Positions 48,578-61,352 of a stretch of DNA of 64,000 nucleotides are shown one piece after another (position 1 is the first letter of the stretch; every line of letters starts with the position of its first letter). The notes under the pieces were generated by a model. That model saw only the letters and a list, made by a program, of their open reading frames with translations. It had not been told where the DNA came from and did not search any database. Position numbers and translations under genes: made by a program. The DNA is from Neoechinorhynchus agilis (lineage: Eukaryota > Animalia > Acanthocephala): the NCBI GenBank assembly GCA_051530055.1, contig CM121342.1:13531480-13595479 (forward strand). Direction: 5' to 3'.

Positions 48578-49650
48578 ATGTGTTTCTACGAGTGCTTAAA
48601 ATTTTCAGCCCGTACATCGAAGGCAATCGCTGGAAACATCCTTGAATTCTGCCAATATTTGAGTCGCATTTTTCACAAAATATACAATGGAATAAAGAAA
48701 TATCTTAATAGAATCGTAACAAAATGTGCAAGTAAGGTTTTGAAGGTCAATAATGTATTGCTGGCTATTGCCGGTTTGATTATTCTCGTGATTGGACTCC
48801 TACTAATATCAAACTTTGGACGAGAGATGCTTTCATCTCGAGAGGAGAACCTGGACATTCTGGATTATATTGAACTATCTGTTGGCGTTTTCGGAATGAA
48901 CCTGTGGTTCTTTATTATTCTCGTCGGTTCGATTTCAATCAGTAAGTGATGTGAACTTTGATGGCGAGTGATGAATCTTTAATGAACTGCATTTTACGAT
49001 CTACAGCTCTTCTCGTGTAGAACCACCATCTTAAATTCCTGAGTTTGGTTGACTTTTCGACTCTATTAGATCACGAAATCGGTAAGCCGAAAAGACTTGA
49101 ACCGACTACCCAAAAAGCTGATAATCAGTTGATCTTAGATCTCAATTGGGGGCAAACCTTGGAATTCTTTTTTGTCGCCCTAGATTTTTCACCTGCGCAA
49201 AAGTAAGGTAGATGTCATATAATGAACCCTGAAAATCAATTCGCCTTCAAAACTCACATCTTTATAGCAATTGTTGACTTGTTCATAAACAAGATCGGCG
49301 TCGGATATGTCCCATACATTTGCATGGTACTCAATTTGGTTCAACTTGGAATCGAAGTGTGCATTTTTGTACAAACGATAGTCCTCTATAAGTTTCTATC
49401 AGGATTCGCTCAACACGTCACGAAGTATTTAAATTTTTTAATTAAATTTCTAAGTTACTTTGTTACGTTTCCCGCATTTTTCTTGAAACTTGTCTGTGTC
49501 GATAACGAGGGAAAGGACTGCGGACACAATCTTTTGGTGTTAAAGGAACATACGCTTAGATATATGATAGGATGCGGAGTATTGGCATCAATGCAATTGA
49601 TAAATCTTATTGGATTCTTTGTGACGGCGCATATAAAAAATATCGCATAG
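48578..49650 (+). CDS. Divergent tetraspanin-like four-TM protein, probably 2 exons
   Basis: KCASKVLKVNNVLLAIAGLIILVIG resembles tetraspanin TM1; GTAAGT donor ~48942 can join the TATAG acceptor ~49268 in frame; 4 hydrophobic segments; no CCG motif. Confidence 0.45.
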
Positions 49651-50499
49651 TTCTCAAATCAAATAAACGATTCTTGGTATGAACGCCGATCGCTACAATG
49701 AGAGTATTGCATTTGTTTAAATTTATTTTTAAGTATGTCCAAAACATACACCTTCGATGTTATGAGGACTATAAGCGCTCTGTTAACAATAATAGAAATT
49801 AAGCAAATGAGATGCGCCATTTTTATTTTCTTAAATTGGTCAATCGTTAGCAATCCTGAGTTCTATAAAGAAATCGAGGATTGAATTCGGGTTGTTTTAT
49901 ATTTTATTATTTAGATCACTTGTCAACACCCGATAGAGTTAGAAAACTTTCAAACCATAGAATTGATAATGATTGATTCAATCAGTCGAAATATTAAGTC
50001 GTCTTTAATGCTCTCTCGAGTGTTGACAAGGGGTATTCGTTTTTGACTATTAAGCGAGAAACGTTGTCGCTTAGTCTTAATTCGATTCTGTTTGGTGTAT
50101 TTTTTCAATATTCTTAACGTTAGTAACTAAATCCTTCTAAAACAATCGGTATCCTTGCATTTTATACCGATCAGTCGAGTTTCTTGTTCTACTACATATA
50201 CAAATATTCAAACTGACTGATCTGAGAAAAAAATTTATACACATTTTTGACTTGCAAGTTTTTTGAAATCTCCAAATCTACTGATGCAGTAAATTAAGAA
50301 TTTTTGAACTACGGAGGCTTTTATCTGCTTATTTTTATTGTACTAATGAAATCGTTTGAGTGACTAACATTGACGTTTAGCCCAACTCGAATCGTTTATT
50401 AATAGGCTATTAACATTATCTGAGACTGTATAGCATTTTCGACCCTCGCACAAATTTACATTAAAAAAATGGAATTTATCACATTTCATTTAATAAGGT

Positions 50500-52783
50500 T
50501 TAACGAACGACTTTGCCTGTTTTGATTTCTGATTTGCTGGTTTTTTGATAAAATTGACCAAGAAGTCTCTAAACGTTTGAAAGAACAAGTGCGACGGTTC
50601 GTCACTTGCGCCGGCAATGCAAAGACCAAAATATCGTTTGACACTGGCTAATTCAGACTTCACTTGACATGTTCTCTGTCTCAGTAAAATGAGTTCTTCG
50701 GTAGCGTGTTTAATAAAATCCTAAATATATTCATATTAAAGTGAGAAAACTGTACTACTTTTTCGTCATTGCTATTTACCGATAATTTTTGTGGATATAT
50801 AATATCGTTTTGTTTTCCGAGATGCGTATTCGATTTTTGAAGTGAATGCAGGAGCTCTTGACAAATTTCTAATTCATGTTTAAATTCAGACATTTTGTAA
50901 TCAATTTCTCCCATATCGATGGTAGTTGCTCTTTCCAAAGCCTGAATCTCCTCATCGACGGTCAATTGACATTTCAGTTTTTGATTGGATAATTTAACTA
51001 AAAGGCTCAAGAGACTTGTTTTTTTGCTGTGGATTCTTAAATCAGCTATTTTCGATAGAATCTCAATGTCAAATCCTTTAGCTTGTCCGTATTTAGGATT
51101 GTCTTTATTGAGGAAATTTCCTATTATTAAAAGGAACTCGATCAATTGTTTGATGTTGGTACTGCTGGACAATATCGAACAGGCAGTAGAAACGTCATTG
51201 AGTTGCAGTTCGATGTCAGCGGACATTTCTTTGAAAGTTGATTGGAATATCATTGTCTTCAGCCTTTTGTCGTACTCGTTTACCTTCAGAAGCTGAAAAT
51301 GCAAGATTATTGAAAATGTTCTTACTGGTGCAATTTCTACAGTAACAGCAAAGATATATTATTGGCGCGCGAAAATAAAGTGTCTCTTGTAATGTAAGTA
51401 CATTCAAAAGACGCTGATTTTAATGAAAAACGTGAAAAGTATCAAAGCGTCAATATCGTCAAACATGAATTACCTCAAAGAGTCAAATCAAAAAGATATA
51501 ATTTACATAGGAAAAACGTTTCACAGTGAATTTAAATGTTGTTTTTCTGATTTGAAAAGAAGCAACAAGTAAGTCTTTATCTCTACCAAAAGCGGAAACT
51601 AACCTGGAATGCAAGCCTGTCTGGTAACTCCAATTTCTCTGGTTTGTCCACTTCCTTCAAGCTTTTTATCTACAAAGTTTGTTCAAATTGCTATGTAACC
51701 AAAGTATGTGGATGCTCAAACCTCTTTTGAATTTGGACCATATTGAAATAAATGCTGAAGTACTTCTGTGCTCATTACTGAGGAGTCGTAATTTTTAAAA
51801 GCCTCGACTATCGCACTAATCGGACGTTTTAATCCTCCAACTATAATGGCCAAATTGTACGCCTTTTTAGTATCTAAGCACCGGTCATTGTGCTCATTAA
51901 CTCGACTCCGCTGATTGAATTTGTCGAATGACAATTGGGTTTGAGTCTTATCTTCTTCATTTGAATTTAAAACCGCTTTAAGTGTAGACTCGCGTACAAG
52001 AGACGCTCTACAAGTCTCCCAAATTGTACCAATAAGCTTGTCTTCTTCTAATTTCCTCCAAGGAAGACAAGGATCGCTTCTAATGGAGCTGTTCATTTCT
52101 CTTGTACTCATTGCCTTAGTGCCATCGTTGTTAGTTGGCATTGGAGGTGGAATCGGGACACCAGGCAGTGGTGGCGGTGACGGTGGTGAAAGTGCTTTAG
52201 CCTTAAATGAGTTCTTATCCAGATATTCAACGCACTCAACAAGTGAACTACGAATTGAGGTTGTGGGCATACTTTTAACCTTATGTTCAGAATTCTTGAG
52301 CACTGGAGTATTTTTGTGTTCTATAACAGTTCGTTTAGAGTTATTGACCACTTGCGGATACGTTCGGTTAAAACGCGGAACTGGTGATTTTGAGTATTTA
52401 TAGGAATGTGATGATACTTCATCACCCGCATTCTTGAATACAGCCAAGCCTTCCATTGATTTGGATTTTACCATTTTTCGCACATTGTGGTGTTCCCTTT
52501 GTGTTATTTCATGATGCATCGCCAGTTTGGAATGCGCTTGGCTTTGATCAGCATTATAAATCGATTGATTTTGCAGCAAACGGGCTGTTGATGTGGATCT
52601 ATCGATGTTGGCTCGACTTTTTCTTCTTTGTGACTGATGATTAGTTTCAAAGGAAACACTAGTCATTGAAGATGCGTTTGAGAGAGATGAGCATGTAGAC
52701 ATTCCGTCACTTCGAGTCATAATTGAACAATTGCACCGAGGACTCCTACATATTGGATACCAATTGTAGTTGTGGAAATACAT
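50500..52783 (-). CDS. Formin (short FH1 + FH2), multi-exon; 5' end unresolved
   Basis: PPSPPPLPGVPIPPPMP, LPWRKL, GTIWE, LDTKKAYNLAI, LIIGNFLN...GQAKGFDIEILSKIADLR, last exon ...LFFQTFRDFLVNF...VVR*. Confidence 0.9.
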
Positions 52784-53069
52784 CTATTCTAGAAAATGCG
52801 GCGTTATATTGTGAATACAAAGAATGCAGAGAAAACCGAGCTTCTATCTAGATTATTTTCTACTCAACACATTTTTGCTCTCCAATGATCAGTGGCGAAA
52901 CATGGCCAAATATAGCTTTCTTAAAATTCAAAGCATATAATGACATGTTTTACGGAGGAATGCAGTGTCGTTCGGCAAAAGATAGCTTATTAGATAAAGA
53001 AAAATGAATGGCGACCATTTAAGATAGATTAGAAGAAGCTGCCAAAAATACAAGTCAGAGATTTTCTAT

Positions 53070-53490
53070 GATTTTGGATATTTTTGAAGTCTGGCCAGCC
53101 GGTAACTTTTCAGTCTCTTTGTGTGACCACACGGCTGATAATTTTCTTTGGGCACACAGCCAACCGATCTGGTTCAAGGAAGCGCATAAAATCACTTGAT
53201 ACCCTGAACCGTGCCGAGGTGGTCAAGTTGACTAGTGCTCCTGATCTCAATTTGGGTCAAATGGTTCGAATCCGTTACTGCTGATGACGCATAACCAAAC
53301 GGAACGAAATACCGATGAAGGGAGGAAACTCAATGATGAGTTCCGCCTCCTGGAGGTATCTGAGGATCCGCAGGAATGTACAAACTCATAACTGTATTGT
53401 TGAGGGTACTAAGTGAAAATATGCGCTTCCCTGAACAATATCCAATGGGGCTGTGTGTCCAAGGGAAATTATCAGCCGTGTGGCCACACA
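53070..53490. mobile_element. SINE family 1, copy D: short minus arm with intact 3' end plus a 5'-complete plus arm with tRNA-like head
   Basis: Head starts 53213 (GCCGAGG); A-box-like TGGTCAAGTTG 53220-53230; B-box GGTTCGAATCC 53263-53273; imperfect flanking repeat TGATTTT..ATAT. Confidence 0.8.
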
Positions 53491-55749
53491 AGGATACTGA
53501 TTTTAAATATATTTGGTCAATGTATTTGATTTGTTACTAAACTTGGGTTAGAGATAAGTAGATTTTAATAAAAAAAATTATTGCGAAAATTGAATTTTAT
53601 TTGAATGATTTATTGTAGTTTTAATTATTTGAACGAAAATTGTAGAGCGAATCAATACTAAGTTATCTGAATTCGCTTTGTCAACGTTACAATTTTACGA
53701 AATAGTCAAAAAAAATTTTAGATGGAAAATAATGAAGTCTCACTCGCATGATTGTCGGCAATATTTTTCCATCGAAGGTGATTCCATGCCACGGATGCCA
53801 AGTCAACGTACATGAAGCGATCGGGGAAAGCTTAAAGCAAATGTTCTTCAATAAATTTTCCAAATTAATAACAACTAAAATATTTTGGGTTGAGTTATCA
53901 CACTTTCATCGAACCGAGTCGTTGTTCTATTCAAGGTACTTAAATGGTAAATCATCGCGACGAAGCAAACTGTCAACAACGAATGCGGTGTCGATGGTTG
54001 TACACCATTTTTTGATTGAGTTGTGTTGATCATAGAAGACTAAAAGGCAAATTCTTTAAAAGTGATATGAGTGATTTCGAGAACGTTTTCTTGGTCACAT
54101 CAGTATAAAAGTAAACACACTAGACCTTTACTTAAGATGAACACTTTACACTTACTCTATTGAGGAGGCATAAGTCTTGCGCAATCCTAAAAACTTCGCC
54201 TCATTAATGATTCCAATACGATTGCCATGTTTTGATATATGTAGAAATATTAGCACATGCGATCAAAACATTACGGATTACCATGCAAATGTATCACCTC
54301 TTTGGTCGATCACTGATAAAAACATTTTTTGAAAGCGAATATTAAAAATTTGAATTTTAAGGGTTACACCCTGTCCCGTGACCAATGCAACGGATTGTTA
54401 AATTTCTCAATTTAAAATGATCCGCTCCACCGACATATCCTCCCACTGCGATTTTACAATTCACTTAAGATTACAGGTGACTGTAGCTGAGGCACGAAAC
54501 AATGAATCAATAATGGACGTCCATGTCGGAAATTTTATGTGCCCAACAAGTACTTCTGACAAGCATTAATTCATAATTAAAGCTAGATTTTCATGTCAAA
54601 TAAAAATAATTGCTGACATATGAAACTTATTTTAATTAATTTTCTCACCTTCGACATAACGAACCATAGAGAGGTTTAGGGTGACTACAAGTTCAGATTG
54701 TTTTTCAAGAACTTAATTTTTGAAGTAGTGTCATTTTCGTAATTCTGGCAAAAAACTGGTCTAAAAAAATCAAAAAGCATGCAAATACATTAGTGCTTAG
54801 ATAGTGTTACGGACTTAAAGTTACATACACCACAAATATCAAGCATTCATTAACAGTAGTAAAAAATCCACCGTGTTTCGAAAGTAATTGAGCATTCAAC
54901 GGCGAAATCAAAATATTTTGTTGATAAAATCTATCTAAACAAGAAAGTAATCTCTGCTAGTCTTTCAATCGGAAATTCTGAATAAAATATTCGGTTTCGA
55001 TTTGTTCTATTCTATTTTTGCACTAACGCAAATGCATGATATCTACTCGTTGTTTCAGTAATACATCACATTTGATTTTCAGGGTAAAGTTCATTGTATT
55101 TTTTATTCTTTGCCTTTAGATTTCATAAGACAGTAACTCGCCTTTAAAGGAATTGGAAGCGAACCGATCGCGTAGTAGAAACAATAGGCTTCTCCAATGA
55201 CCTCTTAATTAAGCAGGATTAAAAATCGTGGACAAAAGTTTTATTAATACTGGCAATTAAGGTTAGATAAAATGATTCACCGCCTTGAATTTTAAGATAC
55301 GTAAACGCAGCACAGTCTACTGTCCTGATTTTAAATCTTATGGCAAACAAAAGTTCGCAATAAGAATTGCCTCTATTGTGGTGGGCCATCTTCTTATGCG
55401 TAGTCGCAGGTGCATGTTTTTAACAAAGTTACATTTTCATTTTTCCATTCCCCAATTTAAAAATATCGTCGCTATAAATGACATATAAGGAAACTCTAGG
55501 CTTCCGGTTTCAATACGTTGATTTTAATCGTAAAAAATTAAACCAATTCTTTTTGAGTAAAGAAAAAAATTTCTTATTGAATTTGATATGGCAATATATT
55601 CTACATTTATTAAGCACAAATGTTTTATTTCTCCGCTTTTTGAACTCTACGAAATTGCCTACCTTCGCACACAATTAATTTTATACGTTTATATTTTCAG
55701 TCAGGTGAAGGAAATAAAACGCCGTGATACGCAGGACATAGATGATTTG

Positions 55750-56125
55750 CTTATTTAGCTGCCAAATCACAAATTCATCGCCTTGAAACGTTTCACAGAA
55801 GAGCCTCTAAAATTTGCACAGTTGATTTTCTCTCGCTCACTGAATGTCTATAAAAAAATTATCAAGCAATCAAAACGCCTCTCAACCCGGCCACCACAAT
55901 TTTTACTACATTTTATTACTCTTTTCACATGAGTATACCACCCGTAATCTCAATTCTTTTTATCCTTCTTCAACCTCGCACCTCTCTATACCTACCCTAC
56001 GTTTTCCATACTGCTCAATCTTCTCGGATGTCATTACCGAAATGAATGGGAGGAAAAACCAACCTCACAAGCTCTCCAACAAACAATAACCGCCAATCCC
56101 CACCCGACCGGATATTCCCAACAAG
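55750..56125 (+). mobile_element. 5'-truncated 3' fragment of the same LINE family as 3484-7250
   Basis: IHRLETFHRRASKICT... matches the C-terminal LExxQRRA motif of LINE ORF2; homologous to 3484-3800. Confidence 0.7.
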
Positions 56126-56183
56126 GTAAGCAATGCCCTTTATGTATTGGCTCTTAATTTGAAACATGCATAAAATCAAGTAT

Positions 56184-56353
56184 TTATAATAATTGATTCA
56201 TTTATTTGATAATTTTCGGCCTTCGCGTAGGCCTTCTTCAATCTATAGCATGTAAGTTTTTTTAACTTAGAAGGCCTACGCGAAGGCCGAAAATTATCAA
56301 ATAAATAAATTATTATAATTCGTTTTAAAAAAGTAAATGATGATCATCTTTAC
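56184..56353. mobile_element. Miniature head-to-head PLE 3'-end insertion with two hammerhead-like remnants
   Basis: Arms GAAGGCCTACGCGAAGGCCGAAAATTATCAAATAAAT inverted; tail ...AATGATGATCATCTTTAC resembles the large PLE tail ...AATGATTAATTTCTTTACAA; 12-bp direct repeat AAAATCAAGTAT (56172-56183, 56354-56365). Confidence 0.75.
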
Positions 56354-57009
56354 AAAATCAAGTATGTTCATCGACGTTCGGAATTAACTACAGCAGGTTA
56401 AAAAATTAAGAAATCTAAATGTCTCATAAGATTTAGGAGAATCCCTAAAGTGTTTGGTCTTCAGTTTGAAAGAGTTTTCGATAATTTTATTTCAAAATCG
56501 ACTTGTTTTGCTTGATTCGAGTACGTTAGAAAGTCGTGATTTTCGTTTCACACCGTCATGTCAATTATAAAACAGAACTCTGGATATACAAATACCAAAA
56601 GGAAAATTATTGTTGGAATGTTTGAACATATAGTCATTGTACAACGAAAAATTTGTCGGATAAAAAACATGGGGCGCATGCAGTCAACAAAAATAGGAGT
56701 TATATGTTTGGTTGATAAACAGCGCTAACTGACCGACGGACTATTCATATTTTTGAAGCGATTTTTGATGCTCAGGAGTATAGATTTTCGATTATCCTGG
56801 TCGCATGCGGAAAGTATATAAGAATACTTTAACTTAGCCGCGAAGATCGAAAGTGGAAACATTATACGAAAACAGTATAGGAATAAGTCATTTACTCTTC
56901 ACATGATTCGTTATTTAAGTGTTTTTGTGCAATAAACCTAAGAATACTCATAGTAATCTCATTTCGTTATCTCAAATACATAATATTCTCTTTTTTCAGT
57001 TACATTTCT

Positions 57010-58618
57010 TTAATCTTCGTGAATCAGAGTGCAATTTCGAGCACTATGTTTAAGTACTTTTGCACCGATAGGCAATCCTCCTTGGTTAACAGTGTCATTT
57101 TGTCCACATGACGGGTCTATATAAAGGCGACGGACTTCGTCAGATAAAGACGTTCTTCGTTGTCTAATTTTGCTGAGTTTACGTTCACTAAAATGATGCT
57201 TTCGTCCTAATCTATCCTCAAAATATGCCTTACTGATCTCGTAATCCTTATCGTCGTCATCATTATTATCAGCGACGAATGGTTTCCCGATAGATTGTGA
57301 TCGATTCCTAAGGATACCTTTTAGCTTTACTTCCCGATTGGTTCCTACTGAACGCTCTTCTGTTGCTTCCCTGCTCACCGTACCTCCCTCCGAACCATGG
57401 TGTGCAGAGACAGGCTTTATGAGTACGTTGGGAGATTCGAGAATTTTTCGAACTCCTTTGTGATTCTTTGTGCCATTGCGGCCACTAACATCGTCAAACC
57501 AACGGATAAAGACGTTTGTACCAGTCTTGGGATCTTTTACGTGCTCGACTTTGACTAGATTCGGGGCAGGAGTGTAAGGGTCTACATTAGTAGACTCAAG
57601 ACTACTTGCGTATTTACCAGCAGGTACATATTGCTCTTTTAGATGATTGGGAATCAATATATTGCTCGGTACGTTTGTATTATAATAATATTCTGTCGAA
57701 GAATTAAAACTATCCTCTTCTTCAGGAGTATCAGATTTTCGTTTGCTTTTCCTGTGATGCCCCTTCCTTTTCCTGTTTTTTTTCTTCGTTTCTACAAGTC
57801 TACCACTCTTCTCTTCGTCCCAGAGTTGCCAAGATTCAATTCTAGTTTTGCTTGTAATATAAAAGAAACCACAGCTTTTTGGATTTGTCATAAAGTCGAT
57901 CACTGAAGTAGACGTTGGTGCTTCGATGACTTTAATTTCATCTTTGATTTCCATCCAGTTCTGACCTCGTCCTTTTATATATAATGGAGCTTTTGCGATA
58001 TTCTGAAACTGCCCAGTTCTTGTATATCCGGCAAAACATGCTTGTACAAGTACAAGTGCGGATTGTTTGGTTTTTGTTATAAAACAATGGCATTCATCTC
58101 CAGGGACATTTCGTGTCCTGCGAAACACTATACAGAATATAGGAGGATGCCCGTCACCTTCATGTCTCGCGGCGGCTGAGCTATCCAATGGTACAAATCT
58201 GCCTTTTGCGTTATTAAGCGACGACGATTGGCGAGATGGAATAAAGCGCACTGAAGCGCAGTACATCAGAGATCTAATTGGATAAAATACCCGAAGATGA
58301 TCTCGATCATTTGTCCGATCGAGATCCTTCGTATAACGCGAGAGATTCGTCTTGCAAGAAAGATATTTCAACTCCGTTTTCTCTGACGATTAAAATCGCG
58401 TCCATTCCAAGAACAACGGACGATTTTATCCCTCCCTCATTGAGAGAATATCTTTTGAGTAATGGTGACTGGACACTCTTAATTCCTACTTGGTCGGTAT
58501 CTGGCACTCCCGATCCAATATACAGGACCCCGCATTTCGCCAGCGGTTTTGCGAGTGTCAGGACGGTGGTTGTGTTTGGGGCTACAACGGATTGATCCCC
58601 GGATGTTTGATTTACCAT
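57010..58618 (-). CDS. PTB/PID-like domain protein; N-terminal part and remainder in different frames (one-base discontinuity near 58310)
   Basis: LYIGSGVP...IKSVQSPLLKRY in ORF 58307..58618; VFYPIRSLMYCASVR...HPPIFCIVFRR...ECHCF...ALVLVQAC in ORF 57010..58371. Confidence 0.7.
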
Positions 58619-60710
58619 ATCTATTAGACTTAAATGGGAAATCGATTAAGCAGAGCGACTCGTTTTTCCAAACAAAACGAAAAGAGTGCACTTGGTACGC
58701 GTTGCGTCTCAACTTTTTGGACAAGCTAAGGTATGATGCATCGTATATGATGGAGGGGAGGAGTAAGGGGCAATGTATATAAAAGCCACATTGTCTCTCA
58801 ATGAGAAACGGCGAAATGTTACATGAAGCGCTTACACGAGACCAGAAGTTCATTTTAAGCTCGCCCTTTTGGACAAAAAAAAGATAAGCGCTGTCGACAT
58901 AAGTCGACTCAATGATTGCCGTCATCGTTGTGAACAAAAAATGCTCACTATGCTTTTAAATGAGATAAATGCGATATCTCTCTCAATAAACATGATTTCC
59001 AAAAAAAGCAAATGTGGTGAAAAATAAAGAATAAAGTTGAATCTCAGAATGTAGACCTGCTCATAGAACCTTGAATACTAACAGTGTTCAATCGTGAACT
59101 ATTTTGTCACGCGTAAATTTACGCAGCAATGATTCGGCGACACGAGAACATGTAACCAAAGAACACGGTATACGTTATAGAGAAGTCAAATTTCTCCCAA
59201 AACATGTATAACATTTAACTAAAGCGAAGATCGCTGCTAGAATTTAGGTCATTTAAAGATGCCTAGTTATCTGAACTTTCAACGATGATGTCGTACTCTA
59301 GTGATCACCAAATGACAGTTTAATTCCTCTACTATGCAGGAAACATTTAATTTTTGGCAACAGTTAGTGCAAATTTCAAAACTGGCGAAAAAATTCAATA
59401 AACCTGCAACCGACACCTCGTAAGTAATACTAACATTTCACCATTAATTGTTTGGAAGGGACACTGTGAACTATTACAGTCACGGATTTTACAAAACAAA
59501 CTATATCTCAAAAATGCTTAAAAGCATAAGTAGAATAACTTTAGAGTATAGATCGATTCTCTATAATTTTTGTGTTTAAAAACAGGTTATTTGCTATTGC
59601 GAAACGTTTAAATTTTCTTACAGTCATCAATTCAGCCTTTTAACCGTTCAAAAATTATTGGATGCAAAACACTGCCTTGAGCCATATAATCCAGAATTTT
59701 GCACAGTTTGACGGGTACATTTCGCTTTCCTCTGTTTTTATTGGTACTACCAGTTGGTGTGGTAATATTAAAGAAATAAAGGGAACAAAAATTCATATCC
59801 CATTTCCAAAATGATCTTTTTAGGCTGCAGTCCGAACTCGGGTTTGATCTTAAAACAGATAAAATGGAAGAGGTGTACATTCTTCAATAGGCGCATAAGT
59901 TCAACTGATGTTTTCTACAGTTGGAGGCACTACCGTTCGTTTTTTTGTTACTAGAAAAAATTGACAATACACTTCGGTTTTTTTATTAATTGTTAAAGCC
60001 AGGTTGACGAAATAAAAGCAAGATGTTCATGATTCTTAATTAATCAATAAAAACTCTCAACCACAATTTCTACTTATACTTTCTTTTGTCTGAGATACAT
60101 TCAAGCACCGCCAACTTTTGAAAAGCCTTCCACTGGACTATCGTTTATGTTTGTTGTCGCATTAAAATTTATGCAATGGTCGAAAATCAAGATTAGGTTA
60201 TTTAAATCCTTGAGACAAATTAAAGATGTATATGATTGTTTATTGACGAGTGAAGAACAAAACGTCGAATTCAAGGACTAATGTGAAGTTTCGCGCACAT
60301 TTTTTCGAAGCTAATTTACATAAATGGGTTTGCACCATAATCACAAGGATGCCATTTAAGTGAAATGTGCGATGTTGAAATTGCTGCTGATAGGTATTTA
60401 ATCTTGAACTATGGCGCAAAGAATACACGAGTAGACCTAGAGGAGAACATTTTCTCATTCTGCTAAAAAGGATGTAATATTTCATGACTCTATGAATAGT
60501 ATGTTTTACTAATGAGTTTCGATCGTTTAACGTTGTTACATTTTAACTATTTTCAAGTATGATAAACTTGGAATATTTGTAATTTGCTAATAAATTCAGA
60601 AGATGGTCTTTGGTTTATCGAACTGATCTCCCCGTGAATCGTTAAAGCCAGCATTTCTATTTAGATGAACGTCACTATTTGACATTCACATAACTAAAAT
60701 GTCTAAGGTG

Positions 60711-61352
60711 CTAATTGATTGATCTGTCCTTGTAAGACAGAACGCTATGACTAAGAAGTTCAATCAACTGAGTTGTCCATTTAGCGACCTGATCAACAAG
60801 CAATAGCAAAAGTCTCATTTCATTGATTTGTTCTTGATCTTCTCCAATACTTATGATAGGCGGAAGCAATGTAGCTTCCAAACTCTGTGCCAGTGCAGCA
60901 GGATTAAAGACTATATCCGTATTTGCCATAACCAAATCCTCGGCGTTAACTTGAGTTGATTTCGCTGAGACTTTAGGTTCGACTGTTGCAAACGTCGACT
61001 TTGCGATTTCGTCCCTTTTCCGCTTTTTTGCCGATTGTTGATGCTCGATCTTCATGCGTCTTTTATATTTGCATTTGTTGATTCGAAATGCCTCCTTCAC
61101 CTGACTCGGTGGCATTTTTAACAAGGATAAATACGAAGGCTGACCCCGTGTCGGGCGACCCCTTCGTTTATTCTTGCTACACATTCCTTCCAGTTCCATC
61201 TCGACTTGATTCACCAACATTTCCATTACATTTATAGCGTGTTTTGCTGCGTTTGCCTCGGGTAAGTAAACCGGTCGCCCTATTCGCCTTATATCTTTGA
61301 TGTAAAGATCTTTTCCAATATTTTGATCATTGTTCGAGTTTTGCATGTTCAC
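60711..61352 (-). CDS. Uncharacterised basic nuclear-type protein with an AT-hook-like motif; probably a terminal exon
   Basis: 213-aa ORF with KRRGRPTRG and KKRKR; splice acceptor TTTTCAG just upstream (~61384). Confidence 0.5.
   Translation of the reverse strand: MNMQNSNNDQNIGKDLYIKDIRRIGRPVYLPEANAAKHAINVMEMLVNQVEMELEGMCSKNKRRGRPTRGQPSYLSLLKMPPSQVKEAFRINKCKYKRRMKIEHQQSAKKRKRDEIAKSTFATVEPKVSAKSTQVNAEDLVMANTDIVFNPAALAQSLEATLLPPIISIGEDQEQINEMRLLLLLVDQVAKWTTQLIELLSHSVLSYKDRSIN

Noticed and set aside
53213-53285. Functional tRNA gene
   Set aside because: D- and T-arm remnants are present, but the acceptor stem (GCCGAGG has no 3' partner) and anticodon stem do not pair, and it continues into a repeat body; treated as a SINE head
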